Assembly (NCBI GenBank): GCA_051866595.1
Contig: JBJDXI010000069.1
Coordinates: 1 to 53,510 of the forward strand
Reading direction: 5' to 3'
DNA length: 53,510 nt
Source: Clostridia bacterium
GTDB taxonomy: Bacteria > Bacillota > Dehalobacteriia > UBA7702
The notes under the pieces were generated by a model. That model worked only from the letters and a program-made list of their open reading frames with translations. It was not told the DNA's origin and ran no database searches. The translations under genes were made by a program, and so were the position numbers. Positions 37,090 to 47,399 of this stretch are shown piece after piece. Within the stretch, counting starts at the first letter, position 1; each line of letters starts with the position of its first letter.

Positions 37090-37528
37090 ATTTTCGTTTC
37101 CATTTCATGGGAATATAGGCAATGCCGTCCTTCTCTTCTTTTTCGCCCAAAAGCTCAAAACCCAGACGGCGGTAAATTTCAACGGCATAGGGAGAGGAAT
37201 GTACCGTCAGTTCCCCGGAGCCGCAGTCCTTTTTTGCCTGTTCCGCCAGGGCTTTGCCGATCCCTCTGCGATGATGCGCGCCGTCAACGAAAAACAACGC
37301 GATATGATTTCCCTGTTCCCGGGTGGCGAGAACGCCCCGCATTTCACCGCTGTCAAAAGCGCCGTAAAACTTCAGTCCCCGGACATACCCCGGATCGTGA
37401 ATGGCATAACCGAAAGCGTCGATGCCCTCCCGGGAATAGCCCGGCGCGTCGTACTTCAAAAAGACTTCCCAGGCCAGCTCCAGACCGTCTCCCCGCTCAT
37501 GATTTTCCAAAAGACGAATTTCCATCAC
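37088..37528 (-). CDS. GNAT acetyltransferase
   Basis: FFVDGAHHRRGIGKAL and SSPYAVEIYRRLGF. Confidence 0.9.
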   Translation of the reverse strand: MMEIRLLENHERGDGLELAWEVFLKYDAPGYSREGIDAFGYAIHDPGYVRGLKFYGAFDSGEMRGVLATREQGNHIALFFVDGAHHRRGIGKALAEQAKKDCGSGELTVHSSPYAVEIYRRLGFELLGEKEEKDGIAYIPMKWKRK

Positions 37529-37581
37529 CGCATCCTCCTTTACGCAAAACAGTATAGCATAAACGGGAGAGAAAAACGAGA

Positions 37582-38229
37582 TCAGATATCCTGTCTTTCA
37601 AAATTTTTCAGGGAAAGCCGGTAGGAAACAAAGGTCAGCAGAGCGAAAAGCAGAAAACCAACGACCAACACCACCAGTTTTTCCGTCAAGAACTGAGGAT
37701 CCAAAGTATCCATCCGTTCCGCGAAAAAGGGAACGATATGTGTAAGGGTTTCCATCACACCGGCGTAGAAAAAAACCACCGTGGAAGAAACAACAAAGGC
37801 TTTTCCCACTTTCCGCACATCTTTGTAATACACGAGGAAAAAAATGAGATTAAAGAGACCCAGCATCACAAAGGAAAAACCGAAAAAGGCAAGATTGGCC
37901 TCGATGCCCACCTGATTCAAAGGAACCGACATTTGCTGACGCAACACGGCGAAGGGAACCGCCAGCAACATCTGGCCCAATTCCAGAAGCAGAACCGTCA
38001 TAAAACGCGCCTTGACAGCGTCGGTTTTGCCCACCGGCAACAGGAGCGAATACTCCACATCCTTATTTTCCCGGCCGCCGAGACAGATGAAAAAGACGCC
38101 GAGTGAAGTATAAAAAAACGTCACATAATAGGGATAGTTCGGGATCAACAGCAGCGCGGAGAGCAGAAGGAAACCGACGGACGCCGGATGCATTGCCAGC
38201 CGCAGTTCTTTTTGGAGCAATCGGTTCAT
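37582..38229 (-). CDS. ABC-2 type permease
   Basis: LLQKE, LLPV...V.ARF, ~6 TM segments, C-terminal FERQDI. Confidence 0.85.
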   Translation of the reverse strand: MNRLLQKELRLAMHPASVGFLLLSALLLIPNYPYYVTFFYTSLGVFFICLGGRENKDVEYSLLLPVGKTDAVKARFMTVLLLELGQMLLAVPFAVLRQQMSVPLNQVGIEANLAFFGFSFVMLGLFNLIFFLVYYKDVRKVGKAFVVSSTVVFFYAGVMETLTHIVPFFAERMDTLDPQFLTEKLVVLVVGFLLFALLTFVSYRLSLKNFERQDI

Positions 38230-39071
38230 GCTTCGCCCTCCTTTTCCAGATGAATCATAATGGTTTCGGGATCGGCGGGAAGAACCGTACCGAAAATATC
38301 CTTCGCCCTCTCTGCCTCTATCAGCGCGGCAAAGCCCTCTTTCCGGCGCTTACAACCGATGAGCAGGGAAGGATCGTTTTTTTCTTTCTCCTCACCGGTC
38401 ATCGTCACCAGACGGTAGCTGTTCATAAATGATTTCATCTCTTCATCCGCCCGGAGCTGTCCCTGCCGCAGATATAAAATTCGGTCGGCGCACTGTTCCA
38501 GATCGGTAATGATATGGGTGGAAAATAAAATCGTAACGCCTCTGTCTTTCAGCTCCAAAAAGAGATCCAGAAGCTCATCCCGGGAAATCGGATCCAGTCC
38601 CGAAGTGGGTTCATCGAGGATCAGAAGCTCCGCGCCGTGGGATAACGCCAAAGACAGAGCGTATTTCACTTTCATCCCCGCCGAGAGCTTCGCCGGTGTT
38701 TTGTTTTCGTCCAGAGCGAAATCCAAAAGACAGCGGCGGTACGTCTTTTCATCCCAGGTATCGTAAAAAGAGCGGGTCACCGCGGTGACGGTTTTCAGCT
38801 TTCGGGAAGGATAAAAATCAAAGCCTCCGGAAATATAGCCGATTTTCTGTTTCACCGTTTTTTCGTTACCGATAAAATCGAGCCCTAAAAACCGGACAGC
38901 GCCGCCATCAGGATGAAGAAAGCCCAGCAGAGATTTGAGAGTCGTGGTTTTACCGGCTCCGTTGCGGCCGATAAAACCGGTAATCTGACCTTGGGCCAGA
39001 GAGAAGGAAACCGGCCCCAGAGAAAAGGCCGGATAATTTTTTTCCAGCTGTTCCACGGTTAAAACGCTCAC
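38226..39071 (-). CDS. ABC transporter ATP-binding protein
   Basis: GRNGAGKT, LSAG, LDEPTSGLD and STH. Confidence 0.95.
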   Translation of the reverse strand: MSVLTVEQLEKNYPAFSLGPVSFSLAQGQITGFIGRNGAGKTTTLKSLLGFLHPDGGAVRFLGLDFIGNEKTVKQKIGYISGGFDFYPSRKLKTVTAVTRSFYDTWDEKTYRRCLLDFALDENKTPAKLSAGMKVKYALSLALSHGAELLILDEPTSGLDPISRDELLDLFLELKDRGVTILFSTHIITDLEQCADRILYLRQGQLRADEEMKSFMNSYRLVTMTGEEKEKNDPSLLIGCKRRKEGFAALIEAERAKDIFGTVLPADPETIMIHLEKEGEA

Positions 39072-39532
39072 TCCGATTCCCCCTTTTTCCCTTTCATCGC
39101 GGACTTCATCCCTTTCAGCGCCGACTGCATTTCATTCATCTTGCCGATGAAATGATCGGTGCGGACAAGGGCCAACCCCTGTTCAACATCACCGAGGACG
39201 AGAAGATCGTCGCCGGGATGGAGATCAAAAATACGCCGGGCCTTCACCGGGATCACAATCTGCCCCTTTTCGCCGATAGTGACGGTGCCGAAGAGATATT
39301 TCCCTTTGGGCGGTACCGAGAGGCCCTCGGCCTCTCTGCCGTCAAAAGTCAGCAGCTCATCCACGGTGACATTATATAATTTCGCCAGCGCCACACAGTT
39401 TGAAATATCCGGCGTGGTCGTTCCGTTTTCCCATTTGGCCACAGCCTGACGGGAAACACCGATTTTCTCCGCCACATCTTCCTGAGAGAAGCCGTTGATT
39501 TTCCGCAAAGTCCACAAATTCTCACTTAGCAT
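39068..39532 (-). CDS. XRE HTH plus AbrB/SpoVT-like regulator
   Basis: SQEDVAEKIGVSRQAVAKWE and TIGEKGQIVIPVKAR; start uncertain (39532-39550). Confidence 0.85.
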   Translation of the reverse strand: MLSENLWTLRKINGFSQEDVAEKIGVSRQAVAKWENGTTTPDISNCVALAKLYNVTVDELLTFDGREAEGLSVPPKGKYLFGTVTIGEKGQIVIPVKARRIFDLHPGDDLLVLGDVEQGLALVRTDHFIGKMNEMQSALKGMKSAMKGKKGESE

Positions 39533-39750
39533 ACAAATCATTCCTTTCATACCTCTATTTTAAAAGGAAATGCCTCTGTTTTCAACCAACCGCCGCAACC
39601 ATTTCAGGTAAAAAATGTTATCTTTCGTTGCGTATCATTGCCGTGATTCTTTCTTTTTCGAAAAAAGGCCATTGGTTTACAAAGCGGATGAAATATGGTA
39701 TATTAAGCTTTAACACGCACCCAAGCCGATGGGCTCACGGAGCAAACGAC

Positions 39751-40659
39751 ATGAATACCTTAAAAAAACAACATTCTTCTCTTTTTTATATCGGACTCAT
39801 CGTCATTCAGGGACTGATTTTCGGCATCGGCAATCCGCTGATCAAATTCGCTTATGAGAGCATTTCTCCCTTCTGGTGTCTGGCACTGCGGTTTACCGCG
39901 GCCACCCTTATATTCCTTCTGATCTGCGGAAAAACTGCCGTTCCCGAATTAAAGCGGAGCCGCGTAAAAGTATGGCTTCCCACATCCCTCTGCATGGCGT
40001 TGGCTTATATTACCTGTAATATCGCTCTGAATTTAACCACCGCCACCGGCGTAGGCTTTTTAATGTCTCTGGCGGTGGTTTTCACACCGCCCCTTGCCCG
40101 GCTGGTTCTCGGGCGGAAGATGCGCCGTTCCTTTTTGCCGGTGCTGATTTTCGCTGTGGCCGGTCTTTATCTGCTTTGTATGAACGGCGGAACCTTCCGT
40201 TTCGGCCCCGGAGAGCTGCTGGCGCTGATCTGTTCCTTTGGCATGGCCGGTTCGCTGGTATGGGGAGAGGATTGCCTTAATACTCTATCCCCCTCGGCGG
40301 TATCCCTGATCCAAACGGCGGTCACCGCCGCCGCCAGTATTCTCTGCGCCGTCATCCTGGAACCCTTTCCCGATCTCGGAGCGGTGGAACCCAAAGCATG
40401 GTGGATTATCCTTTATCTGATTATCCTCTGTTCCTGTCTCTGCTACATCCTGCAAAACATCGCTCTGGCCCATTTACCCTCGGCGGTGGTATCTCTCACT
40501 CAATGCCTGGAGCCGGTCTTCACCGCGGTATTCGCCATGATTCTTCTGGGTGAAAGCTTGTCCACTCTGGGTTTCGGCGGCGCTTTGCTGCTGATGATCT
40601 GCATCATTTACGGAAATTACACGGAAAATAAATATGAATCCAAGGAGGACACCCCATGA
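39751..40659 (+). CDS. DMT/EamA transporter
   Basis: About 10 TM segments; ALRF and LEPVF. Confidence 0.88.
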   Translation: MNTLKKQHSSLFYIGLIVIQGLIFGIGNPLIKFAYESISPFWCLALRFTAATLIFLLICGKTAVPELKRSRVKVWLPTSLCMALAYITCNIALNLTTATGVGFLMSLAVVFTPPLARLVLGRKMRRSFLPVLIFAVAGLYLLCMNGGTFRFGPGELLALICSFGMAGSLVWGEDCLNTLSPSAVSLIQTAVTAAASILCAVILEPFPDLGAVEPKAWWIILYLIILCSCLCYILQNIALAHLPSAVVSLTQCLEPVFTAVFAMILLGESLSTLGFGGALLLMICIIYGNYTENKYESKEDTP

Positions 40660-41102
40660 TCCGAAAAATCAACGAGAACGACCGAGACGCTTTTTTAGCC
40701 ATGACGGAAGATTTTTACAACTCCGACGCCGTTTACTACCGTATTCCCAAAGAGTACCGGGAACGCACTTTTGAAGAACTCATGCGTTCCGATGTTTATA
40801 CCGAAGGCTTCATTTTCGAAAAGGAAGGAAAAACCGCGGGCTACGCCCTGATCAGCAAATCCTTTTCCCAGGAAGCCGGCGGCCTCGTGGTGTGGCTGGA
40901 AGAGCTCATGATTCTGCCGGAATACCGCTCTCAGGGATTGAGCACAAAGTTCTTTCATTATCTGGAGGAGAACGTTCCCGCCGCCCGGTACCGTCTGGAA
41001 ACGGAGCCCGAAAACGAAGGCGCCGTCCGCCTCTATAAGCGCATGGGCTACGAATTCTGCCCCTATGTTCAATGGATCAAAAAAGGCAAAGACGCCGAAT
41101 AA
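40656..41102 (+). CDS. GNAT acetyltransferase
   Basis: LEELMILPEYRSQG and NEGAVRLYKRMG. Confidence 0.9.
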   Translation: MIRKINENDRDAFLAMTEDFYNSDAVYYRIPKEYRERTFEELMRSDVYTEGFIFEKEGKTAGYALISKSFSQEAGGLVVWLEELMILPEYRSQGLSTKFFHYLEENVPAARYRLETEPENEGAVRLYKRMGYEFCPYVQWIKKGKDAE

Positions 41103-41132
41103 AAAAATTCCCGTTCAACGGGAATTTTTTTT
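41102..41132. terminator. Bidirectional terminator
   Basis: AAAAAAATTCCCG-ttcaa-CGGGAATTTTTTT. Confidence 0.8.
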
Positions 41133-41136
41133 ATGC

Positions 41137-41694
41137 TTACACGTTCAGTTTATCCAAAATTTTACAGTAGAGTTTTCGCATATGAGGTTCGGTATCATCC
41201 TTGCGAATCTCTGAAACGGCACGCCACATGACGCCGCTGTTTTCGTCGGCCTTCATCCGGAGAGCCGCGTTTTCATCCGCCTCAAAGAGATAAGTCACAT
41301 TCAGATGGACGTGAGGAGCCACATATTCGCCTTTGCGTACATGAGACTGAACGCCGATCAGCTCCAGAGAAACGGGATTTTCGGAAAGAGAACGGGCGGA
41401 GACAAGGCCGGTTTCCTCCTCCAGCTCCCGGCAGGCCACGGCAAAGAGATCGCCGCAACCGTCGGCGTGACCGCCCACCCAGCTCCAGGCGTTATAAATA
41501 TTATGGTGCACCATCAGCGCTTTGGTTCGTTCCGGATTCATCACCCAGGCCGAAGCCGTAAAATGAAGCAGCCGATTTTCCCGGGTCAGTAAATCCTCGT
41601 ATTCCAAGAAATAATGAAGCATCAGTTCACGGTCGACAGCCTCCTGGGAATTGCCGGGAACAAAGGCTTCGATGATTTCCTTCGCTTTTTTCAT
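41137..41694 (-). CDS. NUDIX hydrolase
   Basis: GGHAD...ACRELEEETG. Confidence 0.9.
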   Translation of the reverse strand: MKKAKEIIEAFVPGNSQEAVDRELMLHYFLEYEDLLTRENRLLHFTASAWVMNPERTKALMVHHNIYNAWSWVGGHADGCGDLFAVACRELEEETGLVSARSLSENPVSLELIGVQSHVRKGEYVAPHVHLNVTYLFEADENAALRMKADENSGVMWRAVSEIRKDDTEPHMRKLYCKILDKLNV

Positions 41695-41697
41695 CGC

Positions 41698-42135
41698 TCA
41701 TTCCTCCGGACGGTTTTTCCCCGTCCGCATTTTCTTTATTTTTTCCGATAATTCCGCCAGTTCTTCCTTGGACAATTCCGGCAGGTGTTCCAGCTTTTCC
41801 ATGAAAACGGAAACCGTTTCCTCCTGATGGCGGCGGATAAACTCCGTATAGTAGCTGACCACCACACCGGGAATCATAGCCACCACGAGAATCCCCATGA
41901 GCGAGACGAGGATCGTCAGAATACGACCGAAAGGCGTTACGACACAGAGATCACCGAAACCGATGGTGGTGGCCGCCGCGTATAAGAACCAGAAGCCATC
42001 GCCGATGGTTTCAATCTGAGGTTCGATAAAACGCAGAATCAAGCCGACGGAAAAAAGAACCAGCAAAAACCACCAGAAGAAGCGAAGAACCTTCGTCGTG
42101 CGTAAAATAAAATACAGTCTTTTAAGCGCTTTCAT
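41698..42135 (-). CDS. Potassium channel family protein (2TM)
   Basis: TTIGFGD selectivity filter. Confidence 0.85.
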   Translation of the reverse strand: MKALKRLYFILRTTKVLRFFWWFLLVLFSVGLILRFIEPQIETIGDGFWFLYAAATTIGFGDLCVVTPFGRILTILVSLMGILVVAMIPGVVVSYYTEFIRRHQEETVSVFMEKLEHLPELSKEELAELSEKIKKMRTGKNRPEE

Positions 42136-43363
42136 GGCGTTTTCCTCCAAAATCCGGGATCAGCGCCGCCAAAAATGAAGCGCCGATAAGATAGAGCAGG
42201 CAGTTTACGGGGAAGCAGAGCATCAACAGCATCGCCGCGGCAAAGGGCTTCCGCAAAATCGTCGTTACCACCGCCGCGCAGACCACGGCACAGCAGAAAA
42301 CGGGATCCACCGGCAGTACCGCCGCGGCGGCAAAGCCGGCGGCGACACCGGAAAAGATCGCGGGAAAGAAGTGACCGCCTCGCCAGCCACAACTGATGCA
42401 GATATTGGTCATCACCATTTTCACCGCCGCCGCCACAAAGAGAACCGCCGGCGTATAGAGGGCGTAATCCTCAATGAGTACATCCATCTGGGTTTCGCCG
42501 GAAAACATGGCCCAGGGAAAGAAAATCGCCGCCACGCCCACAGCGGCGCCGCAGAGAACCCCCAAAAGCACCCGCTTTTCCGCCAGAGGACGGGTCAGAC
42601 AGTGCAATCCTCTTTCCGTAAGTTTAAAGAGCCAGCCAAAAGCGACTCCCAGCAGCGTTAAGGGAACAATCCAGATCAGATCTTTCACTCCGGCGTCGGA
42701 GGGACCGAAACGGGGCAGTCCGCCGCCGCGGCCGAAAAGGTGTCCGAGAATCAGGAACAGCACCAGCGCACCGAAGATTCCGCAGAAGGTGGCGAAAATT
42801 TTAATGCCTTGGGGCAGTTTGACTTCCCGATCGGAATAAAGATCCTCCTCAATGGGCATGAGAAAGCCGAAAAAAGGCGAACCGAAAAGCACCGCCAACG
42901 TCGCGGAAATGCCGACGTCGGCCATTTCCGGCAGGATTTTCCGAGCGGTTTTCAGATGATCCCCGGCCCAATAACATAACCCCACAAAAATACCGGTGAG
43001 CCCCGCTTCGGGGCCGACGGCGCCGCCGAAGAGCAGCGGCAGAATCGCCGCAAGCAGCGTACGGGGCATATGATGATAATCGTAATATTTTTCCTTCTTC
43101 ACCGTGGCCATGACTTCCGACAACAAGGCGGGACAGGCACCCCATTTTTTTTGGAGCAGGCCAATGATAAGACCACCGATGATGCCGAGGCCCAAGGCAT
43201 AGAGCCACGACCACGGCGTGCCGTCAAAACAGCCGGGAATCCTGGACCAGAGCAGATCGATTCCCAAATCCATCACCCGCAGAAAGACCCAGAGAATACC
43301 GCCAATGACAGCGCCTAACGCTGCGGAGAAGAGGAACATGATAAAAATCTTTTTTGCTTTCAT
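42122..43363 (-). CDS. ClC-family chloride channel protein
   Basis: GPEAG, GWRGGHFFP and many TM segments. Confidence 0.85.
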   Translation of the reverse strand: MKAKKIFIMFLFSAALGAVIGGILWVFLRVMDLGIDLLWSRIPGCFDGTPWSWLYALGLGIIGGLIIGLLQKKWGACPALLSEVMATVKKEKYYDYHHMPRTLLAAILPLLFGGAVGPEAGLTGIFVGLCYWAGDHLKTARKILPEMADVGISATLAVLFGSPFFGFLMPIEEDLYSDREVKLPQGIKIFATFCGIFGALVLFLILGHLFGRGGGLPRFGPSDAGVKDLIWIVPLTLLGVAFGWLFKLTERGLHCLTRPLAEKRVLLGVLCGAAVGVAAIFFPWAMFSGETQMDVLIEDYALYTPAVLFVAAAVKMVMTNICISCGWRGGHFFPAIFSGVAAGFAAAAVLPVDPVFCCAVVCAAVVTTILRKPFAAAMLLMLCFPVNCLLYLIGASFLAALIPDFGGKRHESA

Positions 43364-44241
43364 TCTTTTTTCTGTTTTCGGGCAGACCGAATTTCTTCCT
43401 TTTTTAATTGAAGTTTTAATTTCTGCATTTCCAGATCGGCTTTGGCCGCTTCGATTTCCTCCTCGGTTTTCAGCTGAGGAATAAAGCTCTGGGCCACTTT
43501 GCCCCGGCCGCGGTTTTTGATATAGATGATGCCGATGGCGGAAAAGACCAGAGCGCCGAGGCAGTTTACCATGAGATCCTTCATCGTATCAAGGATACCC
43601 ACATCGAGATAACCGCCGTTCATCACATAGGAGACCTGTTCTCCGTTATCCATATAGTAGACCACGGTCTTTTGAATATCCGGTAAGCTGACCACCTCAT
43701 TTAGGCCGTTGGGATTCAACGCCACGGAATTCACGGCGCTGATAAAGAAATCCTTCTGCATATCGGAGCCGGTGAACTGATCCATGGAAAATTCAAAGAA
43801 CTCCCAGAGCACACCGATGGTCATGGAAAAGCAGAACGCCACAAAGGCCACGAAAATCGGAGACATACTGATATGTACCCGGGGGTCCTGATTGAGAATG
43901 TCAATCATACTGAAACCGATGGCCGCCATGAGGAAACCGTTGATGGTGTGAAGCATCGTGTCCCAATAAGGAAACAGCGTATAGAAACTGCGGATTTCCC
44001 CTAAAATCATGTGGGCGTAAATAAAGAGAAGGATCACCACTTCCAATGCCACAGGAATCCGCACATGAAACTTCCTGTCAACAATCTGGGGAATATTGAA
44101 CAGCAGCAGCGTCAGTACGCAGAGAAATACATTGTAATACTCATGATGAATAAACTGGGTAACGGCACCGATGACGACGAAAAACTGTAAAATGATATGA
44201 ACAATATCGCCCTGGCGGCCTTTAAGCTTTTCTTTCAGCAT
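43360..44241 (-). CDS. Conserved membrane protein
   Basis: WDTMLH, GVLWEFFEF and DTMKDL motifs; TM segments. Confidence 0.7.
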   Translation of the reverse strand: MLKEKLKGRQGDIVHIILQFFVVIGAVTQFIHHEYYNVFLCVLTLLLFNIPQIVDRKFHVRIPVALEVVILLFIYAHMILGEIRSFYTLFPYWDTMLHTINGFLMAAIGFSMIDILNQDPRVHISMSPIFVAFVAFCFSMTIGVLWEFFEFSMDQFTGSDMQKDFFISAVNSVALNPNGLNEVVSLPDIQKTVVYYMDNGEQVSYVMNGGYLDVGILDTMKDLMVNCLGALVFSAIGIIYIKNRGRGKVAQSFIPQLKTEEEIEAAKADLEMQKLKLQLKKEEIRSARKQKKE

Positions 44242-44260
44242 AATTCCCTTCCTTTCCTTT

Positions 44261-44896
44261 TTATATCTTCCGAACGGGATGGCGGATCACCGTTTTAAGG
44301 TTTTCCGGCTTACAGCGGCGGGCGTCACTGAGATAGATTTCATGGTGATACCGGGTTTCTGAAATATCCACGGTATACCCCTGTTCTTTGGCGAAAGCTT
44401 CCATCAGAGCGATGGTGTCCGGTTCGTCATCGTAGGAACCAATGTGCATACACTGCACCGAAAGCCCCTCATGGTACGTGAGAAACTCCGCCTTGGAAAA
44501 ATCCGTCTTTTTCTTCCGGGAAGCCTCTTCCACCGCCCAACGGAAATCCTTTTCCGTCACGAAATCCGGCAGGCGGATCAGGGAAATCCACTGAAAATCC
44601 GCTTTGCGGCTGTAATCAATCCCCGTTATACCCTCCTGCCACCAGAATCCTTCCAGCGGCGGCACCACATAATCAAAATAGCCCTCGATGTGATGATCGC
44701 CTTTATCACTCATTTTGATGGTAAACGCGATACCGTAAAGAAGATTCATGGCCTTTTTATATTCGCCGTCTTCCTAATTGGGGTCGCCCTTTCCTCTCAC
44801 GGCAATAAAATTCATCGGCGGCACCTCCACAATGGAAGGTTTGTTTTTGGGCAGATAAAATTCTTTGTATTCTTTTTTATAATCAAATTTCGCCAT
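44261..44896 (-). pseudogene. GyrI-like domain protein interrupted by an in-frame TAG at codon 41
   Basis: MAKFDYKKEYKEFYLPK...GKGDPN*EDGEYKKAMNLLY is in frame with the 44261..44749 ORF; TAG at 44774-44776. Confidence 0.75.
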
Positions 44897-45407
44897 GATT
44901 TCCTCCCACTTGCAGTTCATAATTGACAATATCCAGATATTTCCCGAATTTCACGCCGACTTCGTGAAGAACGCCGCTGAAGGTAAAACCGAAGCGCTCG
45001 TGAAGCCGGACGCTGGCTTCATTTTCGCCGGTAATCACGGAAACCACCGTATGAACGGAATCATCTTCCCGGGCCAGCTTCAGAATGGCCGTCATCAGTT
45101 CAGCGGCAATACCCTGACGGCGGTATTCCGCCGCCACATAGAGGGAAAGCTCCACCGTCGTGCGGTAGGCTTCCTTTTCCCGGTAAGAGGAGAGCGAGGC
45201 GTAGCCCACGGCTTTTCCGTCTTTTTCCGCCACGATCAGGGGATGATTTTCAATATTGTGATGAGAAAACCATGTTTCCCATTGATCCATCGTTTTGGGA
45301 TGAAGGTCAAAGGTGGCCACACCGTTTTCCACTTCGTAATTATAAATATCCAAAAGAGATTGCAAATCTTTGATTTCCGCTTTACGAATCAACATCTTTT
45401 TCCTCAT
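44883..45407 (-). CDS. GNAT, phosphinothricin-acetyltransferase-like
   Basis: IYNYEV...ATFD, ELSLYV, NEASVRLHERFGF and GVKFG. Confidence 0.9.
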   Translation of the reverse strand: MRKKMLIRKAEIKDLQSLLDIYNYEVENGVATFDLHPKTMDQWETWFSHHNIENHPLIVAEKDGKAVGYASLSSYREKEAYRTTVELSLYVAAEYRRQGIAAELMTAILKLAREDDSVHTVVSVITGENEASVRLHERFGFTFSGVLHEVGVKFGKYLDIVNYELQVGGNHGEI

Positions 45408-46093
45408 TTCATTTCTTCCGCGAGAAAAACGTCCACCGCGGAGTTAAAGGCCGCCGGGCATTTCGAGGCGATAAAATGATCGCCTTCCAGAATTTCCAAC
45501 TTCGCGCCGCCGATGGCGGCGGCGATGCGCCGTGTATGGCGGTCTTTGATCATATCCTTCGTCCCGGCAATCACCAACACCGGCATGGACAGCTCTTTCA
45601 GCGAAGATTCCGAAATATGGGGCTCACAGACCATCAGGCCGAGAAGCTCCGCTTTGGCTTTGGCTTTTTCGCTCCGCTTTTTAAAAAGAGAGGCGAAATA
45701 ATAGCCGAGCACCACGGGAATCTGCACCCAGCCTTTCACCCCGGAGGGTTCCAGATTCGCGCCATTGAGAATCAGCCGCTCCACGAAAGAAGGATATTTC
45801 AGAGCGAAAAGCAAGGCGATATTGCCGCCGTCGGAAAACCCCAGCAGGTGCGCTTTTTCAATGCGGTGTTCCGTCATGAAATCGTGAAGGTCCTCAACAA
45901 ACCGGGTCAGCGTAAAGGGCACCTCTCCCCTGGGCGACTTACCGTGTCCCCGGGTATCCACGGCGATGACCCGGTATTTTGAGGCGAAAAAGGCCATCTG
46001 ATGCTGAAAATAGCCGCTGTCCTCCCCGTTTCCGTGAAGCAGGATCAAGGGAAAGCCCTCTCCCGCCTCCACATAATGAAGCGAAATATCCAT
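45404..46093 (-). CDS. Alpha/beta hydrolase
   Basis: LLHGNG, DTRGHG and GFSDG nucleophile elbow. Confidence 0.9.
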   Translation of the reverse strand: MDISLHYVEAGEGFPLILLHGNGEDSGYFQHQMAFFASKYRVIAVDTRGHGKSPRGEVPFTLTRFVEDLHDFMTEHRIEKAHLLGFSDGGNIALLFALKYPSFVERLILNGANLEPSGVKGWVQIPVVLGYYFASLFKKRSEKAKAKAELLGLMVCEPHISESSLKELSMPVLVIAGTKDMIKDRHTRRIAAAIGGAKLEILEGDHFIASKCPAAFNSAVDVFLAEEMK

Positions 46094-46163
46094 AGAGCCT
46101 CCAGATATAAGAAAAGGGCCGTACCCCAAGAAAGGTATCCGCCCTTAACCGTTATTTCTCACG

Positions 46164-47309
46164 TCATTTTAATTCTTCACAATAAATACCCTCAATCAGC
46201 GCCGTCATTTCCGCCAAGGTGGGTTGAACGGCATTGGCGCCAAGGGTGGGATCGGCCATGGCCATTTCCGCCAGAGCCGGAATATCATTTACGGAGAGGC
46301 CGGCCTCCTTCAGCGTGGGAAGGGGCAGTTCTCCGATGAACCCGTACAGATAGCGGACGGTCCGGCCGCCGTCACGGTCTTCCAGACCGCAGGCTCTGCC
46401 GATTTCCGCGACACGGTCCGGGATGGCCCGGCGGTTGAAATCCAGAACATAAGGCATCACCATTCCCACGGCCTGGCCGTGAGGAATCCCACAGAAATTC
46501 TCAATGGAAAAACCGATGCTGTGCATCAACCCGAGACCGCTGTTGGAAAAAGCGTAGCCGGCCAGAGAAGCGGCCCAGCAGAGATCCGTCCGGGCAGAAA
46601 GATTTTCCGGTTCTTCCACCGCTGTTTTCAACGAGCGGTTGATCAGCGTCACCGCCTGAAGGGCCAGACCGTCAGAGAAGGGCTGATGATTGACGGCGCA
46701 GTAAGCCTCCATGGCATGGGTAAGAGCGTCCAGCCCCGTCGAAGCCGTAATTTCCGGCGGCAAGGCGGTCATCAGTTCCGGATCGCTGACGGCAAGACGG
46801 ACGAGGCAATGGTCGTCAATGGTGATGGATTTTGTATGATGCTCATGATCGGTCAGCACAAAAAAGCGGGTAACTTCCGCGCCGGTACCGGCGGTGGTGT
46901 TCACGGCAATCACCGGCACACCGGGGTAGAGCGAACGGTTGATCCCGATATAGCGGGAAACGGAGCCGCCGTTGGCCGCGGCCAGAGACGCCGCTTTGGC
47001 CGTATCCACCGGGGAACCGCCACCGACGGCGATCATAAAATCACAGGAATGAACTTTAAAGGCTTCCGCCGCGGCGTCAACCACGGAAACCGACGGATTG
47101 GAAATCACGCCGGTAAAGAAATCATATTTCAATCCGATACCGTCCAGCACGGCGGTGACGGCACGCATCACCGGAGAGGACGCCAGAAATTCATCGGTGA
47201 CGATAAGTCCATGGCTCAGATTTTCCTTATCTATAAAAGAAGCCAAGGCCTTCACGCTTCCCGGACCGACGGCAAAACGGCCCGGATAAAAAAGTTCGGT
47301 ATATTCCAT
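46164..47309 (-). CDS. Iron-containing alcohol dehydrogenase
   Basis: GGGSPVD, TTAGTG, DALTHAME and PHG. Confidence 0.92.
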   Translation of the reverse strand: MEYTELFYPGRFAVGPGSVKALASFIDKENLSHGLIVTDEFLASSPVMRAVTAVLDGIGLKYDFFTGVISNPSVSVVDAAAEAFKVHSCDFMIAVGGGSPVDTAKAASLAAANGGSVSRYIGINRSLYPGVPVIAVNTTAGTGAEVTRFFVLTDHEHHTKSITIDDHCLVRLAVSDPELMTALPPEITASTGLDALTHAMEAYCAVNHQPFSDGLALQAVTLINRSLKTAVEEPENLSARTDLCWAASLAGYAFSNSGLGLMHSIGFSIENFCGIPHGQAVGMVMPYVLDFNRRAIPDRVAEIGRACGLEDRDGGRTVRYLYGFIGELPLPTLKEAGLSVNDIPALAEMAMADPTLGANAVQPTLAEMTALIEGIYCEELK

Positions 47310-47399
47310 GATACTCTCCCAAATCATTTCAATGGCCCTATTATAGCATATCCGCTCAAAAAAAAGAAGATGCCAAAAGGCACCTTCTTTGATTTTTTG

